The notes: generated by a model not told the origin, from the sequence alone. DNA of 64,000 bases from Promethearchaeota archaeon (GCA_048938025.1 JBHLMP010000005.1:32001-96000), one strand, 5' to 3'. Positions 18,474 through 29,652 are shown, counted from the stretch's first letter. Numbers and translations are program-made.

Positions 18474-19745
18474 ATGGAAAAAGAACAAGTTTTTTTGAAA
18501 CTATTTGGAAGGAACCTCATAAGCTTCAAAATGCTCGACGATGGCGAGATTATTGGTACGGGCATTTTAAATCCTCTCATTAAAAAATTGCGTTTGCTTG
18601 TAATGCTTATTTTACAAGCAGGATTTTACAAGAACTATAATCTTGGAAGATGGAAAGGAAAAATAGTTCCAAATACCTTTGCACCTCCTGTTGGAAGTCG
18701 TCCGCAATTTCGTGCACTTAGAGGGCTTATAAAATCTCATTTATTACCATGGCGCGTTCCGATTGCAATGACATTCGCAGTAACTTATAGATGCCAGTGT
18801 AAGTGCGTTCATTGTAGTGCAGGAAAGAATTTAAGAAAAGATATACCAGAACTCACGACAGAAGAAGCAAAAAAACTCATTGATGATAGTCAAAAACTTG
18901 GTATAGCAATTTTGGCCTTCACGGGAGGAGAGCCTTTGTTAAGGGAGGACATTTTCGAACTTATTTCATATGTAGACAAGCGAAAGACTATGCCTATCAT
19001 GTTTACAAATGGACAATTTCTCACAGATGAAAATGTGGAAAAATTGGTAGATGCAGGGCTTTATTCAATATTTGTAAGTATTGATAGCCCCCTTCCTGAA
19101 GAACATGATAGTGTGAGAGGTGTGCCAGGAATTTTTGAAGCTGCTATAAAGGGACTAAAGAAATTGAAAGAAAGAGGAGTGTTTGTAGGTCTCTCTTCTT
19201 ATGCTATTCGTTCTAATACAGAACAAGGAATGTACAAAAAACTGCATGAACTTGGTCAGAAACTTGGTGTTCATAATATAATCCTTTTTGATGGTGTCCC
19301 CACAGGAAATATGTTGCATAATACAGACGAGTTGCTGACTTGGAAGCTGCGTGATGAAATTTTTGAATTTTCCGCTAATATATTCAGAAATAAGATAGTA
19401 CCTCCCTTGTCATCTCAATCATGGCAAAACTCTATAGAGGCAAATCTCGCAGGTATTGGGTGTTTAGCAGCAAATATCCAGTACTATGCCTCCGCTTATG
19501 GAGATATAGCACCATGTGATTTTACCCCAATATCATTTGGAAACATCCGTAAAGAGTCCCTAAAAAAGATCTGGATCAGAATGACGAAACATCCTGCCTA
19601 TAATCATCGAAGCACATTTTGCAGGATGCAGCATCATAAATTCCGTCATTTTTATATCGATCCGATTCCTGATGATGCAACACTTCCATACTCGATAGCA
19701 AAACTTCCAAATGTAGACTATCGAAAAGTTGAAATTTCTAAGTAG
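18474..19745 (+). CDS. Radical SAM protein with SPASM/twitch domain
   Basis: CQCKCVHC, FTGGEPL and GC..PC..GNI motifs. Confidence 0.9.
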   Translation: MEKEQVFLKLFGRNLISFKMLDDGEIIGTGILNPLIKKLRLLVMLILQAGFYKNYNLGRWKGKIVPNTFAPPVGSRPQFRALRGLIKSHLLPWRVPIAMTFAVTYRCQCKCVHCSAGKNLRKDIPELTTEEAKKLIDDSQKLGIAILAFTGGEPLLREDIFELISYVDKRKTMPIMFTNGQFLTDENVEKLVDAGLYSIFVSIDSPLPEEHDSVRGVPGIFEAAIKGLKKLKERGVFVGLSSYAIRSNTEQGMYKKLHELGQKLGVHNIILFDGVPTGNMLHNTDELLTWKLRDEIFEFSANIFRNKIVPPLSSQSWQNSIEANLAGIGCLAANIQYYASAYGDIAPCDFTPISFGNIRKESLKKIWIRMTKHPAYNHRSTFCRMQHHKFRHFYIDPIPDDATLPYSIAKLPNVDYRKVEISK

Positions 19746-19769
19746 AACTTTCAAAACCTATAACACTTT

Positions 19770-20414
19770 TCAACTTTCCTGGTGTTCTTCTAATACCCAT
19801 TTAACAGCTCTTTTTATTACTATTTGCAATATTTCTTCTTCTAATGATTTTGATTTATGTCCTAATGCACAGAAGAAAATTCTTCCTTTTCCATAAGTTT
19901 TAGTCCACATTATAGGGTTAGATTTAGGATCAACCTCATCATGATAATCAGCTTCAGCTAAAATATGAATATTTTCACCCATTGATAAATCATGCTGATA
20001 TTGCTCTTCTTTAATTATAAAATCTTCTAAACCTTGAGTTATTGGATGACTTTTATCAACGATTTTAACATGATAATCTTTAACTTTTTTATGACCAATA
20101 AATCGCCCCCCAAGCATTTCATAATATTTCGGATGAGCTTTAAAAGAAGCAGATGCTCCATGGATTCCTACGAATCCTTTTCCACTCGCAACAAAATCTA
20201 ATACATTTTTCTCTTGTACGTCAGTAATTTCATCAAACTGAGTAAAAAAAATAGTTGTATCATATTCAAAAAAGTCTCTATCACTAAATATTTTGGTATC
20301 TTCATATTTATCAACAATATAATCGCTTAAGATATTTCTAAAAGAAGCATTAATCTTATCTCTAAATAAATATCTACCTCTTTGTAACAGCAAAATTCTC
20401 TTTATGATTTTCAT
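19770..20414 (-). CDS. ThuA-domain (class I glutamine amidotransferase-like) protein
   Basis: GKGFVGIHGA, LGGRFIGH and GKGRIF..LGH motifs. Confidence 0.85.
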   Translation of the reverse strand: MKIIKRILLLQRGRYLFRDKINASFRNILSDYIVDKYEDTKIFSDRDFFEYDTTIFFTQFDEITDVQEKNVLDFVASGKGFVGIHGASASFKAHPKYYEMLGGRFIGHKKVKDYHVKIVDKSHPITQGLEDFIIKEEQYQHDLSMGENIHILAEADYHDEVDPKSNPIMWTKTYGKGRIFFCALGHKSKSLEEEILQIVIKRAVKWVLEEHQES

Positions 20415-20499
20415 AAATCATCATAAGAAAAAATGAAAAGTTCTTTATTAAGGGTTCTCTCTTATTACTGGGAAATTAGCAACTTTAATTTTGATTAAT

Positions 20500-21423
20500 A
20501 TGTCTGTTAAAAAAGGTGATGATTCTCTTTATCATATCGATTTAGAACAACCAAGAGCAGGTTTTAGGAATTTCATAAGTACATGGGTTTATAAAGATAA
20601 AAATTTATGTTTCATAGTGGATCCAGGCCCAACATCAACAATAAATTTTTTAAAGGAGAAGTTAGAATCTATTGGGATTAATAATAAGAATCTGAATTAC
20701 ATTCTTTTAACTCATGTTCACATTGACCATGCAGGAGGAACGGGAAAACTCCTCTCATTTTTCCCAAGAACTCAGATTATATGCCATCCACGAGGTATGA
20801 GACATCTTATTAACCCCAAGAATTTATGGAATGCTAGTAAGAAAGTGCTAGGTGAAGTAGCAGATATGTATGGTGAAATTATACCAGTACCAGAAAATAA
20901 AATAAAATTTCAGGAAGAAATCGGGAGACAAGAAATTAAAGCAATAGAAACAATAGGACATGCATCACATCATCTTTCTTATATGTTCAAAAAATATCTC
21001 TTTATAGGAGATGCGGCGGGCGTTCATTTTCCAATAAAAAATAATTTCTACATTAGACCAGCAACTCCACCCATCTTTAATTATGATAGTGCTATAACCT
21101 CAATTGACAAACTTCTTTCATTAAATTTAAAAGATTTTAAGATTTGTTATGCTCATTACGGAATTAGAAATAATGCGGAGAAAATGCTTAAAATAGCGAA
21201 AGAACAATTAACAATATGGAAGCAAGTTATAGAGAGTACATTAAGTGAATGCAGACAATTGGATTTTGAAGATCATGTAATTAAAGAATTAATGAAAAAA
21301 GATGTTTATTTTAGTAATGTAATCCTATTTGATGAAGAAATTAAGAATAGAGAAAAAAAATTTATATCAAATAGTATAAAAGGATTCAAGGAATATATTC
21401 AAAAATCTCTTAAAGAGGAATAA
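20500..21423 (+). CDS. MBL-fold metallo-hydrolase
   Basis: LTHVHIDHAGG, GHASHH and GDAAG motifs. Confidence 0.9.
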   Translation: MSVKKGDDSLYHIDLEQPRAGFRNFISTWVYKDKNLCFIVDPGPTSTINFLKEKLESIGINNKNLNYILLTHVHIDHAGGTGKLLSFFPRTQIICHPRGMRHLINPKNLWNASKKVLGEVADMYGEIIPVPENKIKFQEEIGRQEIKAIETIGHASHHLSYMFKKYLFIGDAAGVHFPIKNNFYIRPATPPIFNYDSAITSIDKLLSLNLKDFKICYAHYGIRNNAEKMLKIAKEQLTIWKQVIESTLSECRQLDFEDHVIKELMKKDVYFSNVILFDEEIKNREKKFISNSIKGFKEYIQKSLKEE

Positions 21424-21493
21424 TTTTATTTTTTATGGTTTTTCACAAAAATATAAGATTTAAATATTAAAAAATTAAAAAGAAATAACTATT

Positions 21494-22243
21494 TTATACA
21501 TATTGAACTTCTGTTCTTAAGTTTACTAATTTATCAGGAAAGTTTGTGAAGATTCCATCAACTGTATATCCCTTATAACTCAAATTAATGTATTTCTTCA
21601 TGAAATATTTAAAAAGCACAGCCCAAAGATAAAATTTAAAACCTGCTTTTTTAACTTGTTTAAAAACCTCAAGATTAAATCGATGGTGACTTAAATTTAC
21701 AATCTGAACATTTAATCCTTTCAGCTGTTTTAATACAGCATAATTGTTTTCCATTATTTGTTTTTCAGAATAGAAAGAGTTTACTAGAGTTACATCTTTG
21801 CTTTTCTCCCGTAAGGGTCTAAAAAAGGCATCAATTGAGCCTCTATCAGTTGCGGGCTTAGTAATCTCAATTCTTTCAAGTAGACCATATTCTTCTGCTA
21901 ATTCTATTATTTTTATCCCTGTTTCAACCTCTTTTATGTCAAAGGAATAAATTATTCTATTTTTAAATTCTTCAAACATTTCACGAAGGGTAGGAATCTC
22001 ATCACCATTCTCCAGCTTAACTTGTTTAATCTCTTTAAGGGTTAAATCTTTAATCGAAATTTTATTGTTATTGATTATTAGAAATGGTAAGAATTGAAGG
22101 ATTATTTCTCCATCTTTTGATAAATGAGCTTCTGTTTTAATACCATCAACTCCCATTTCAACAGCTTTTCTGAACGATGTTAATGTATTTTCAACTTCTC
22201 TTAATCCTGCACCCCTATGACCCCAAATTATTATATTTCTCAT
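21494..22243 (-). CDS. Glycerophosphodiester phosphodiesterase family protein
   Basis: GHRG..ENT, IPTL and DGIFTNFP motifs. Confidence 0.85.
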   Translation of the reverse strand: MRNIIIWGHRGAGLREVENTLTSFRKAVEMGVDGIKTEAHLSKDGEIILQFLPFLIINNNKISIKDLTLKEIKQVKLENGDEIPTLREMFEEFKNRIIYSFDIKEVETGIKIIELAEEYGLLERIEITKPATDRGSIDAFFRPLREKSKDVTLVNSFYSEKQIMENNYAVLKQLKGLNVQIVNLSHHRFNLEVFKQVKKAGFKFYLWAVLFKYFMKKYINLSYKGYTVDGIFTNFPDKLVNLRTEVQYV

Positions 22244-22395
22244 TTGTATCACTTAGATTATTAGCTAATTAAATTGATATTAAGGAGGTATTTAAATAAA
22301 TCGTTAAGATCTCAAAAAAGAACATTTCAAATGGGTTATACTTAATTTGGTTTTAAAGATAAAAATTTATAATCAATAAAAAATGTGATTTGGGA

Positions 22396-23214
22396 TCATG
22401 TAGAATTTATGATTTTTAGGAATTCCTCACGAAGATTTCCGTCTTCATCAAAAAACTTATATTTTCGTTTTCCAGCAGTCATAAATTTATACATAGCCTT
22501 ACTAAATTTAAGAAATCTAATATGTTTATTGGTTCCTTTAATATTTCTCATTCGAGGAACAAGGAACTTAACAACAGTTTCAGGGAGCTCCGCCAAAATA
22601 TTAAATATTTTTATTGCTTCAGGTGGAATATCTTGAACTAAAAGATCTGTAATAACCATACTGGGATTAATTGTATGAATACCAATCATAGTTCCCTCTA
22701 CTTCCTTGCTTAAGGTTTTCGTTAATTGAGGAATTGCTGCCTTTGTAGATCCATAAGCCAAAGCCATAAGAGTTACTCTCCCTTGTGAACCATATCCTTC
22801 TACATTGAATATTTTACCATGATTTTGAGGAAGCATTAGCTTAAGCGCTGCTTTACATCCATAAATAGTTCCTAATAAGTTAGTATCGACTATTTCTCTT
22901 AAAGCTTCGGGATCAAAATCTACCAAATATGCATTGATATAAGCATTAGTTCCCGCATTATTGACCCAAATATCAATTGTTTTAAAAAATTCTTGAGAAA
23001 ATTCTGCTAATTTTTTAACCTCTTGGTAATTTGTTACATCACATGAAATACCGTTGATCCTATTATTAGGAAATAACTCCTTTAATTTTTGTATTGCATT
23101 TCTGACTCTTTCCTCATTGCGGGAAGAAATGATTACATTATCACCCAGTTTTAAAAACTCTTTTGCTAAAGCAAATCCTATACCTTTCGTGCTTCCTGTT
23201 ATAACAATATTCAA
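22396..23214 (-). CDS. SDR family oxidoreductase
   Basis: TGSTKGIG, NNAG and YGSTK motifs. Confidence 0.9.
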   Translation of the reverse strand: MNIVITGSTKGIGFALAKEFLKLGDNVIISSRNEERVRNAIQKLKELFPNNRINGISCDVTNYQEVKKLAEFSQEFFKTIDIWVNNAGTNAYINAYLVDFDPEALREIVDTNLLGTIYGCKAALKLMLPQNHGKIFNVEGYGSQGRVTLMALAYGSTKAAIPQLTKTLSKEVEGTMIGIHTINPSMVITDLLVQDIPPEAIKIFNILAELPETVVKFLVPRMRNIKGTNKHIRFLKFSKAMYKFMTAGKRKYKFFDEDGNLREEFLKIINST

Positions 23215-23341
23215 CTTAATTCTCCTGCTTTTATAATATAATATAATTTTATTGAAACATCATAATTAACAATTAGCCTTATAAATTCTAATATAATCTT
23301 TATAACTATGTATTTTTAATTAAAAAAAGTGATATGATTAA

Positions 23342-24223
23342 ATGACTGCTAATAGAACACCAGGAAAAGTTAATAAGGATACAACATTAATCGACGCTGA
23401 GATGATGGGAATTCCAGGAATAATGTCTATATATTTTATAGAAGCAGGAAAAACATGTTTAATTGATTCAGGAACTCATATTGAAGCACGTAAAACTCTC
23501 AGAAAGTTAAAGGAATTGAATATTTTCCCCCCTGATATAATTATTATTACCCATTCCCATTGGGATCATGTTCAAGCGATACCTTTTCTAAGCCAGAGAG
23601 CTAAGAAGTTAGGAAAAAAAATTGAAATATATGCATCTGAAGCAGCAATTCCCAACTTAAGGGATCAATCCTTTAACAACGTTTTTGAAACTGGTCCTTT
23701 CAATAATATCGAAGAAGATATTATAACTCTTAAAGAAGGTGATACTGTCGATTTAGATGGTTTAATATTGAAAATTTTTGAGACACCAGGTCATATGAAT
23801 GATGATATTTCCATTCTTGATGAAAAAAATAAAAATTTGTTCGTAGGAGACATACTTGGGATGAAAGTTGCAGATAATGTATTCATCCCTCCATTTATGC
23901 CCCCTAAATGCAATCCTGAGGTTTATTTTAAAGCAATCGATAAACTCAAAAAAATTGATTATGAGACCATAAGTTTACATCATTTTGGATACATTTATGA
24001 AGAGGAGGCTAGAAGTATTCTTGACGAATCTCTAGCAAATAATGAGCTTTATTGGAAAGCATATGAGGAGAATACAGATCATATGGATGATATTCCTTAT
24101 TTAATTGAAAATGTTATTGAAAAATTAATTCCTAAATCTGCAATTGAAGGATATCCTGAAATGTTAGTTACAGGAGTTACATATTGGCTTAGCCAAGGCT
24201 TTAAAATCTATAAAGGTTTATAA
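23342..24223 (+). CDS. MBL-fold metallo-hydrolase
   Basis: THSHWDH, TPGH and GD motifs. Confidence 0.88.
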   Translation: MTANRTPGKVNKDTTLIDAEMMGIPGIMSIYFIEAGKTCLIDSGTHIEARKTLRKLKELNIFPPDIIIITHSHWDHVQAIPFLSQRAKKLGKKIEIYASEAAIPNLRDQSFNNVFETGPFNNIEEDIITLKEGDTVDLDGLILKIFETPGHMNDDISILDEKNKNLFVGDILGMKVADNVFIPPFMPPKCNPEVYFKAIDKLKKIDYETISLHHFGYIYEEEARSILDESLANNELYWKAYEENTDHMDDIPYLIENVIEKLIPKSAIEGYPEMLVTGVTYWLSQGFKIYKGL

Positions 24224-24273
24224 AAAAATTTATTTTCTAATTTTTCTGATTTTCTCATCAATTTTAGATATAG

Positions 24274-24750
24274 TCACCAACAGCTAGGATCAAAATATTC
24301 CTTGTATTTTCTTGCCCAGCTACAAAGGGTATATTTTGAGTAATCCTCGGTAATTTCCTCTCCTGGTTGAATGTCTCTTTGAGCTATGGCACAAAATCCA
24401 TTCTTATCTTCAGAAGCACCAGAATTCGCATTTGTGGAATGATTTACAAATTTTGAATTATCCAAGCAAAAAATTAGCGCATCAAGCTCTCTCTCATAAT
24501 AGGAATAAGTGAGCAAAATTTTCATAAAATTATCTATTAAAGGTGATTTTAGGGAATTATCAAGATTGAGAAATTGATCTTTTGTTATAATTAACACATC
24601 TTGTGGACGGGCATGCCACCATTTCGTACCCTTTGGAATAAATCTCTTGGCATACAATCCCGTTCCATGAATCTTGCTTGGTCGTACTTCAGTATATTCT
24701 TCAATTGGATTAATTGTAGTGAAATTGTTAATCAAATCGGTATTTATCAT
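24274..24750 (-). CDS. SET-domain protein (putative lysine methyltransferase)
   Basis: S.IHG.GLYA, FVNHS and RDIQPGEEITEDY motifs. Confidence 0.9.
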   Translation of the reverse strand: MINTDLINNFTTINPIEEYTEVRPSKIHGTGLYAKRFIPKGTKWWHARPQDVLIITKDQFLNLDNSLKSPLIDNFMKILLTYSYYERELDALIFCLDNSKFVNHSTNANSGASEDKNGFCAIAQRDIQPGEEITEDYSKYTLCSWARKYKEYFDPSCW

Positions 24751-24885
24751 TAATTACATTCAAATTTAAATAATTATTTATATTTTGAGTTAATACCTAA
24801 TTTTTTCTAATTTAAATTTGTGTTTTTTTTTTTTTGAAAAGGGAGGAAAAATCTAATTGAATAAAAGATGAAATTTAACATTCCA

Positions 24886-25629
24886 TTATATTACTAATTC
24901 TAAATCATCTGAAGCAGCAATTGTATTTTGAAATACTATTTTTGCCTTTTCCTCGGCACTTTTTCTGTCTTGGATTTTAATGTAAGAACTCGCATCAAAA
25001 TGAGTTAAAATTAATTTCTTTACATTTGATTTTATAGCAACCTCAGCAGCTTCTTCAGGTTTAAGGTGTGGCCATCCCCACTCTTCCTGTCCTAACTTAT
25101 ATGAACATTCTGTTATAAATATATCTGCATATTTAGCAAGTTCATATAAATTGGGACATATCCCTGTATCAGTACAGTATGTAATAATTTTATTTTCAAC
25201 CTTTATTCTATATCCCAAACATAGATCTGCATGAACTAAAAGTTTACATGTTATTGGGAACCCGATATTATGCTCGCCTTCCATTAAATCATGAATTTGT
25301 ATAGCTAATGGTAAATCTGCCAATAGGGAGGTATATGGATGTTTAATTATATTTTTTATTCCATTTTTCGTGCCTTTATATCCATATATGATTATCTCTT
25401 GATTAAAATGGAATTTTGCGAATGAGTGAAACCCTATTATATGATCAAGATGAAGATGACTTAGTAATATGATTATTGGTTTTTCTTTATCAATATATTG
25501 ATCAATTTTATAAATTCCATCACCCGCATCTAAAATAATATAATAATTTTCAGTTTCAATGAGAGTAGAAATCGTATTCCCTGAATCCGTCGCATACCAC
25601 CCATTTGTACCTAAAAATACAATACGCAT
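24886..25629 (-). CDS. Ribonuclease Z-like MBL-fold protein
   Basis: FLGTNG, SHLHLDH, TDT and LTHF motifs. Confidence 0.85.
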   Translation of the reverse strand: MRIVFLGTNGWYATDSGNTISTLIETENYYIILDAGDGIYKIDQYIDKEKPIIILLSHLHLDHIIGFHSFAKFHFNQEIIIYGYKGTKNGIKNIIKHPYTSLLADLPLAIQIHDLMEGEHNIGFPITCKLLVHADLCLGYRIKVENKIITYCTDTGICPNLYELAKYADIFITECSYKLGQEEWGWPHLKPEEAAEVAIKSNVKKLILTHFDASSYIKIQDRKSAEEKAKIVFQNTIAASDDLELVI

Positions 25630-25786
25630 ATTTTTTCTCAACCTCTTATCATAGAATTAACTTTAATATGAAAAATTTGTTTATAATAAAATATTAATTT
25701 CTAATGAAATTATGTTATAGTCTAAAATGAATTAAAACCAAATTAATTTTTTAAGAAAATCTGTAAAAAGATTTGATTATTAAGAG

Positions 25787-26722
25787 TTAGTTATCTTTAA
25801 AAAACACACTTAAATTTCGCGGGAATACTTCGAGATATTCTACTAAGTCATAATCTTTCAATTTTTTGACTGTATCTTCTGGAAGTTGTCCAATATTTTT
25901 TCTATCTAATAATAGTTTCGTTTCTCTTTCCGAAAATTCAGGACCTTGTTCAATCCAATTAAAAACTTTTTTATTTGCAGGGCAAACTCTTTGACAGTGA
26001 AGACATCCAACAAGACAGTTATGCCAAGAAGAATCCAACCATTCTGGGAAGGGTATATCTCCTCCATGCTCATTATGATAAGTGATACACCGTTCACCAT
26101 GTAATAAAAAACGATCAGATGCTATTGCTCCAGTAGGGCAATTTTGTCTACAAGCTGAGCAATTTTCACAAAGATCCATCATTTGTAAATCATGCCACTT
26201 ATCTTTCTTTATAGGAAAATCAGAGAAGAATCCTGCCAGACGATAAAAACTACCCATCTTTGGTATGTAACTAATGTTATTTTTCCCAAATTTCGCTAAT
26301 CCACTACGTACTGCTAAAGTTTTGAAAGGTATCCGTGCGTATACTACCTTATATCCTTCTGGTTTTAAAATATTTGTTAGGGTCTCCTCAACCTCATCAA
26401 TTACTTTTTGACCATACAAATACGTAGGGGGTATAAGTAAAGAGAGACTGTCATTCTGCCAATGGAAAATTGCTTTAAAACTAGGCTGTGGAACCGCAAC
26501 AATAAAGATTGATTTCATTTCAGTTAAATCTAATTCCGATTCGTAATCAAAATAGGAAAAACACTCTTCGTAAAAATCGGGGTCAAAAAGTCCTTGTTCA
26601 TGATGCTTTTCAATATCATTCCATAAATCGAATAAATGGCTAGCAGAAATAATTTTTGCTTTATATCTTTTTAACTCAAATTCTGAATATATTTTTTTTT
26701 CAAGTTTATCTCTATCAATCAT
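25787..26722 (-). CDS. Epoxyqueuosine reductase QueG-like 4Fe-4S protein
   Basis: SGLAKFGKNN, CENCSACRQNCPTGA and GCLHCQRVCP motifs. Confidence 0.8.
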   Translation of the reverse strand: MIDRDKLEKKIYSEFELKRYKAKIISASHLFDLWNDIEKHHEQGLFDPDFYEECFSYFDYESELDLTEMKSIFIVAVPQPSFKAIFHWQNDSLSLLIPPTYLYGQKVIDEVEETLTNILKPEGYKVVYARIPFKTLAVRSGLAKFGKNNISYIPKMGSFYRLAGFFSDFPIKKDKWHDLQMMDLCENCSACRQNCPTGAIASDRFLLHGERCITYHNEHGGDIPFPEWLDSSWHNCLVGCLHCQRVCPANKKVFNWIEQGPEFSERETKLLLDRKNIGQLPEDTVKKLKDYDLVEYLEVFPRNLSVFFKDN

Positions 26723-26976
26723 TTCTTAACATCTTAGTGAATGTATCTTAATTAAGGTAATTAACTATTAAAAAATCTTTTCTTTTGTTTTATTTAATAA
26801 ATTAATAAAATCCATAATCATCTTTATATATCCTATGTTAAATGAAGAATTTAGAAAGAAATACATAGATACAATTCCTTCTAATACTATATTACCATTT
26901 AAAATGTAATTTTAAAATTGAAATTCCTAATTATCTAAATTTATTAAAGAAAGAATTTTTTTGATTAATTTCAAAA

Positions 26977-28146
26977 TTAATCATCGTGTTTTAGCGCAAT
27001 TGCAGAATCTGGTGCGACTTCTTTTTGGAGCATTTTAAATGCGTTGTTCGAAGTTGAGAAGGTTTTTGCATTATAATTTTTAACCAAATCAATGAGTTCT
27101 TCATCAAAGATTCGCACATATACCTCAATGTGGGGATAGCGTAAGTTAAGCTTAGATGTTAGATAAAGTAATTCATCGAATTCGGACTCACGTTTCCAAC
27201 AAATAAATACTTGAGTAACTTCTTCTAAATTCACATGAGCACGTAAATCACTTAAAAAACACGCAAACTCGTTTATGATATGTAATTGTTCATTAATTAC
27301 AAACCCGATCCCATCATGCACATCATCAAAAAGAAAAACTTCACGTCCTGGCTGTTGAGAAACATGATAAGCAATTCGATGAGTTAAGCTGTCACGTCCA
27401 ATTACAATGACATTTCCCGTTTTAGCTTCAGTCCATCTTAGAATGCCCTCCATCGCCCATTTTGATGTGGAAAATGGGAATGCATTTAATGGGGGTTGTC
27501 TAAGATATTCCTGTACATGATCTTCAAATGCACGAACATAGATTTGACATTTTGGATTCACCTTACGGATCTTTTCTGTACAGATTATTGCAACTCTAAC
27601 GTCATCACTAATAATAAAAACTTCTTTAGCCCATTTTATATTTGCAAAATTAAGGTTAGTTGTCTCGGTTGCATCACCAACAACTATTGGATAACCTGCG
27701 TTGATTAAATCTTCTACTAATTCTTCATTATCCTCAATAAGACAGAATTGTTCGTTATTTTCAACACAATATTCTATAATCCTTTCAGAAAGATGATGAT
27801 GCCCGATAATTACTGTATGATTCCTTTTATGGCTAGCGAGAATTCTACTCGTAATAATAGGATTAAATTTTTCTAATAATTCTCCTATGATAAACCCAAA
27901 GACAATTACTTCTAATAAAATAGGCCACAATAAAGAATAAAGATTAGTAAAATCTCTAGCAGGCTCTGGACGTCGTACAGTCCATGAAAACAAAAATATT
28001 TCCCATAAATTGTAATCGGGTTCTATAATAAGAAAAGTAAGAAAACCACCAAACCAAAATAAAAAGAGAAATAGAAATGCTAATTTGTATTGCTTAAGTT
28101 TAAGATGAATTTCAATAAAAAAATTCAGGATATTCATACCATACAA
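26977..28146 (-). CDS. 2-TM channel-like protein with two RCK/TrkA-N domains and no K+ filter signature
   Basis: TM-helix-TM followed by NHTVIIG..VVGDAT and a second NVIVIG domain. Confidence 0.75.
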   Translation of the reverse strand: MYGMNILNFFIEIHLKLKQYKLAFLFLFLFWFGGFLTFLIIEPDYNLWEIFLFSWTVRRPEPARDFTNLYSLLWPILLEVIVFGFIIGELLEKFNPIITSRILASHKRNHTVIIGHHHLSERIIEYCVENNEQFCLIEDNEELVEDLINAGYPIVVGDATETTNLNFANIKWAKEVFIISDDVRVAIICTEKIRKVNPKCQIYVRAFEDHVQEYLRQPPLNAFPFSTSKWAMEGILRWTEAKTGNVIVIGRDSLTHRIAYHVSQQPGREVFLFDDVHDGIGFVINEQLHIINEFACFLSDLRAHVNLEEVTQVFICWKRESEFDELLYLTSKLNLRYPHIEVYVRIFDEELIDLVKNYNAKTFSTSNNAFKMLQKEVAPDSAIALKHDD

Positions 28147-28309
28147 TAAAACACTCCAATATAAAAAAAATTTGATCTAATGAGGATAATTCTAACGTTT
28201 CTTTTAAAAAAATTTTTAATGTATAGTTGTCAATTTTTAAATTAATCAAAAAATTCAATTTAATTTTATAGAATTCTATAGGTAAAATTTTAATTATTAG
28301 GGTAAGTCA

Positions 28310-29545
28310 ATGGCAATTGTAATGATTTGGGATCCCTTAGAGCGTCTCCTTTGGGGAATTGGTATCGCATTTGCACTAATGTGTGGAGTATATTTTATAT
28401 ATAAAGGGAGAAAGAGAGAAATTTTTAATGAAAGAATTATTATGTTTGGACTAGCAAGTCTACCCTTCAGTTTCGCATTTGGTTTACTTTTTACTTTTCT
28501 TCAGGTTTTTCAAGTTCAAGGGACTTTTGTTAATAATATTTTTTACGGCGATTATGATAATTATATATCACTTTATGAGCATCTTGGTAGAGCAAGTTAT
28601 ATTTCAATCGGAATTGGGGGTATATTCTTCATATTAGCCTTTGATATAGTAGTAAAACGTACGAAATATCTTCTTACAATAGCATTCATAATATTAACAG
28701 GAATAGAAATTTCTTCTCCGACCATATCAATGGCGAAAATTGTGTTTAATTTACCTATATTACTTGGATTATTAATATTAGTCCCACTTGTATTATATCT
28801 TTATACAAGATGGTCTCATCTAGAGTTTAAGGCCGTTTCTTCATTTCTATTGTTCGGTTTCTTATTATTCATAATGTCATTAAATCTCGCAAAAAGTGTC
28901 CATAAGGAGTTAAATGCATACCCATTAATTTTGGGTCCACTTTTTTTAATTTTAGGTTGTTGTATCACCATACTTCCAACAATTATTAACCCTAAAGTAG
29001 TTTCTCGAGCTTTAATTTATTGGGTAGGATATGCAATTATAACTTTTCCCTTATTCATAGTTATAATATATGTTGATATTGTCAAAGGCTTAAATCCTAT
29101 CTTTGTCGTTGAATTTTTTATAGCATTTGTATATATATACACATTGTTTTTTCTCGTTATAAGGGATATACGATCTGAAATAATAATTTCAGTAAAGCAT
29201 GAAGAAGATAAAGAAATACAATCCGATATTTTAGGAATATTCACCAGACCACTAGAAGTTACTGAAGAAGATGTAATATTTCATAGGGAACAAAAAATTT
29301 GCTTGGTATGTAAGGGAAAAACATTAAGAACGATATATCTTTGTCCAGAGTGTGATGCGCTCTATTGTAATAAATGTTCAACTGCACTAAGTAATTTAGA
29401 AAATGCGTGCTGGGCATGTAATACCCCATTTGACCCATTAAAACCCGTGAAACCATACAAGGGAGTAGAAGAAGCACTAATGAAAAAAGGATCGAAAAAA
29501 TCCCCGAAAAAGCATAAGATTCGTGATATTCCTCCTATGACATAA
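28310..29545 (+). CDS. Multi-TM membrane protein with C-terminal Cys8 zinc finger (Lokiarchaeal type)
   Basis: About 9 TM segments, then FTRP..VTEEDV..ICLVCKG..CPEC..YCNKC..CWAC. Confidence 0.75.
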   Translation: MAIVMIWDPLERLLWGIGIAFALMCGVYFIYKGRKREIFNERIIMFGLASLPFSFAFGLLFTFLQVFQVQGTFVNNIFYGDYDNYISLYEHLGRASYISIGIGGIFFILAFDIVVKRTKYLLTIAFIILTGIEISSPTISMAKIVFNLPILLGLLILVPLVLYLYTRWSHLEFKAVSSFLLFGFLLFIMSLNLAKSVHKELNAYPLILGPLFLILGCCITILPTIINPKVVSRALIYWVGYAIITFPLFIVIIYVDIVKGLNPIFVVEFFIAFVYIYTLFFLVIRDIRSEIIISVKHEEDKEIQSDILGIFTRPLEVTEEDVIFHREQKICLVCKGKTLRTIYLCPECDALYCNKCSTALSNLENACWACNTPFDPLKPVKPYKGVEEALMKKGSKKSPKKHKIRDIPPMT

Positions 29546-29611
29546 ATCGGATTTTTCGAAATTTTTATCCAATAATATTTATATTTTAGTACAAACTAAG
29601 TACAATAGGAA

Positions 29612-29633
29612 CATGCGACAATATTGTCGAATG
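29612..29633. promoter_or_regulatory. Palindrome CATGCGACAATATTGTCGAATG
   Basis: Perfect 14-bp core CGACAATATTGTCG about 20 nt before the ATG at 29653. Confidence 0.5.
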
Positions 29634-29652
29634 CGAAGAAAGAATATATATT

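Noticed and set aside
26835-26909. 24-aa ORF MLNEEFRKKYIDTIPSNTILPFKM
   Set aside because: Too short, with no SD or recognisable family.
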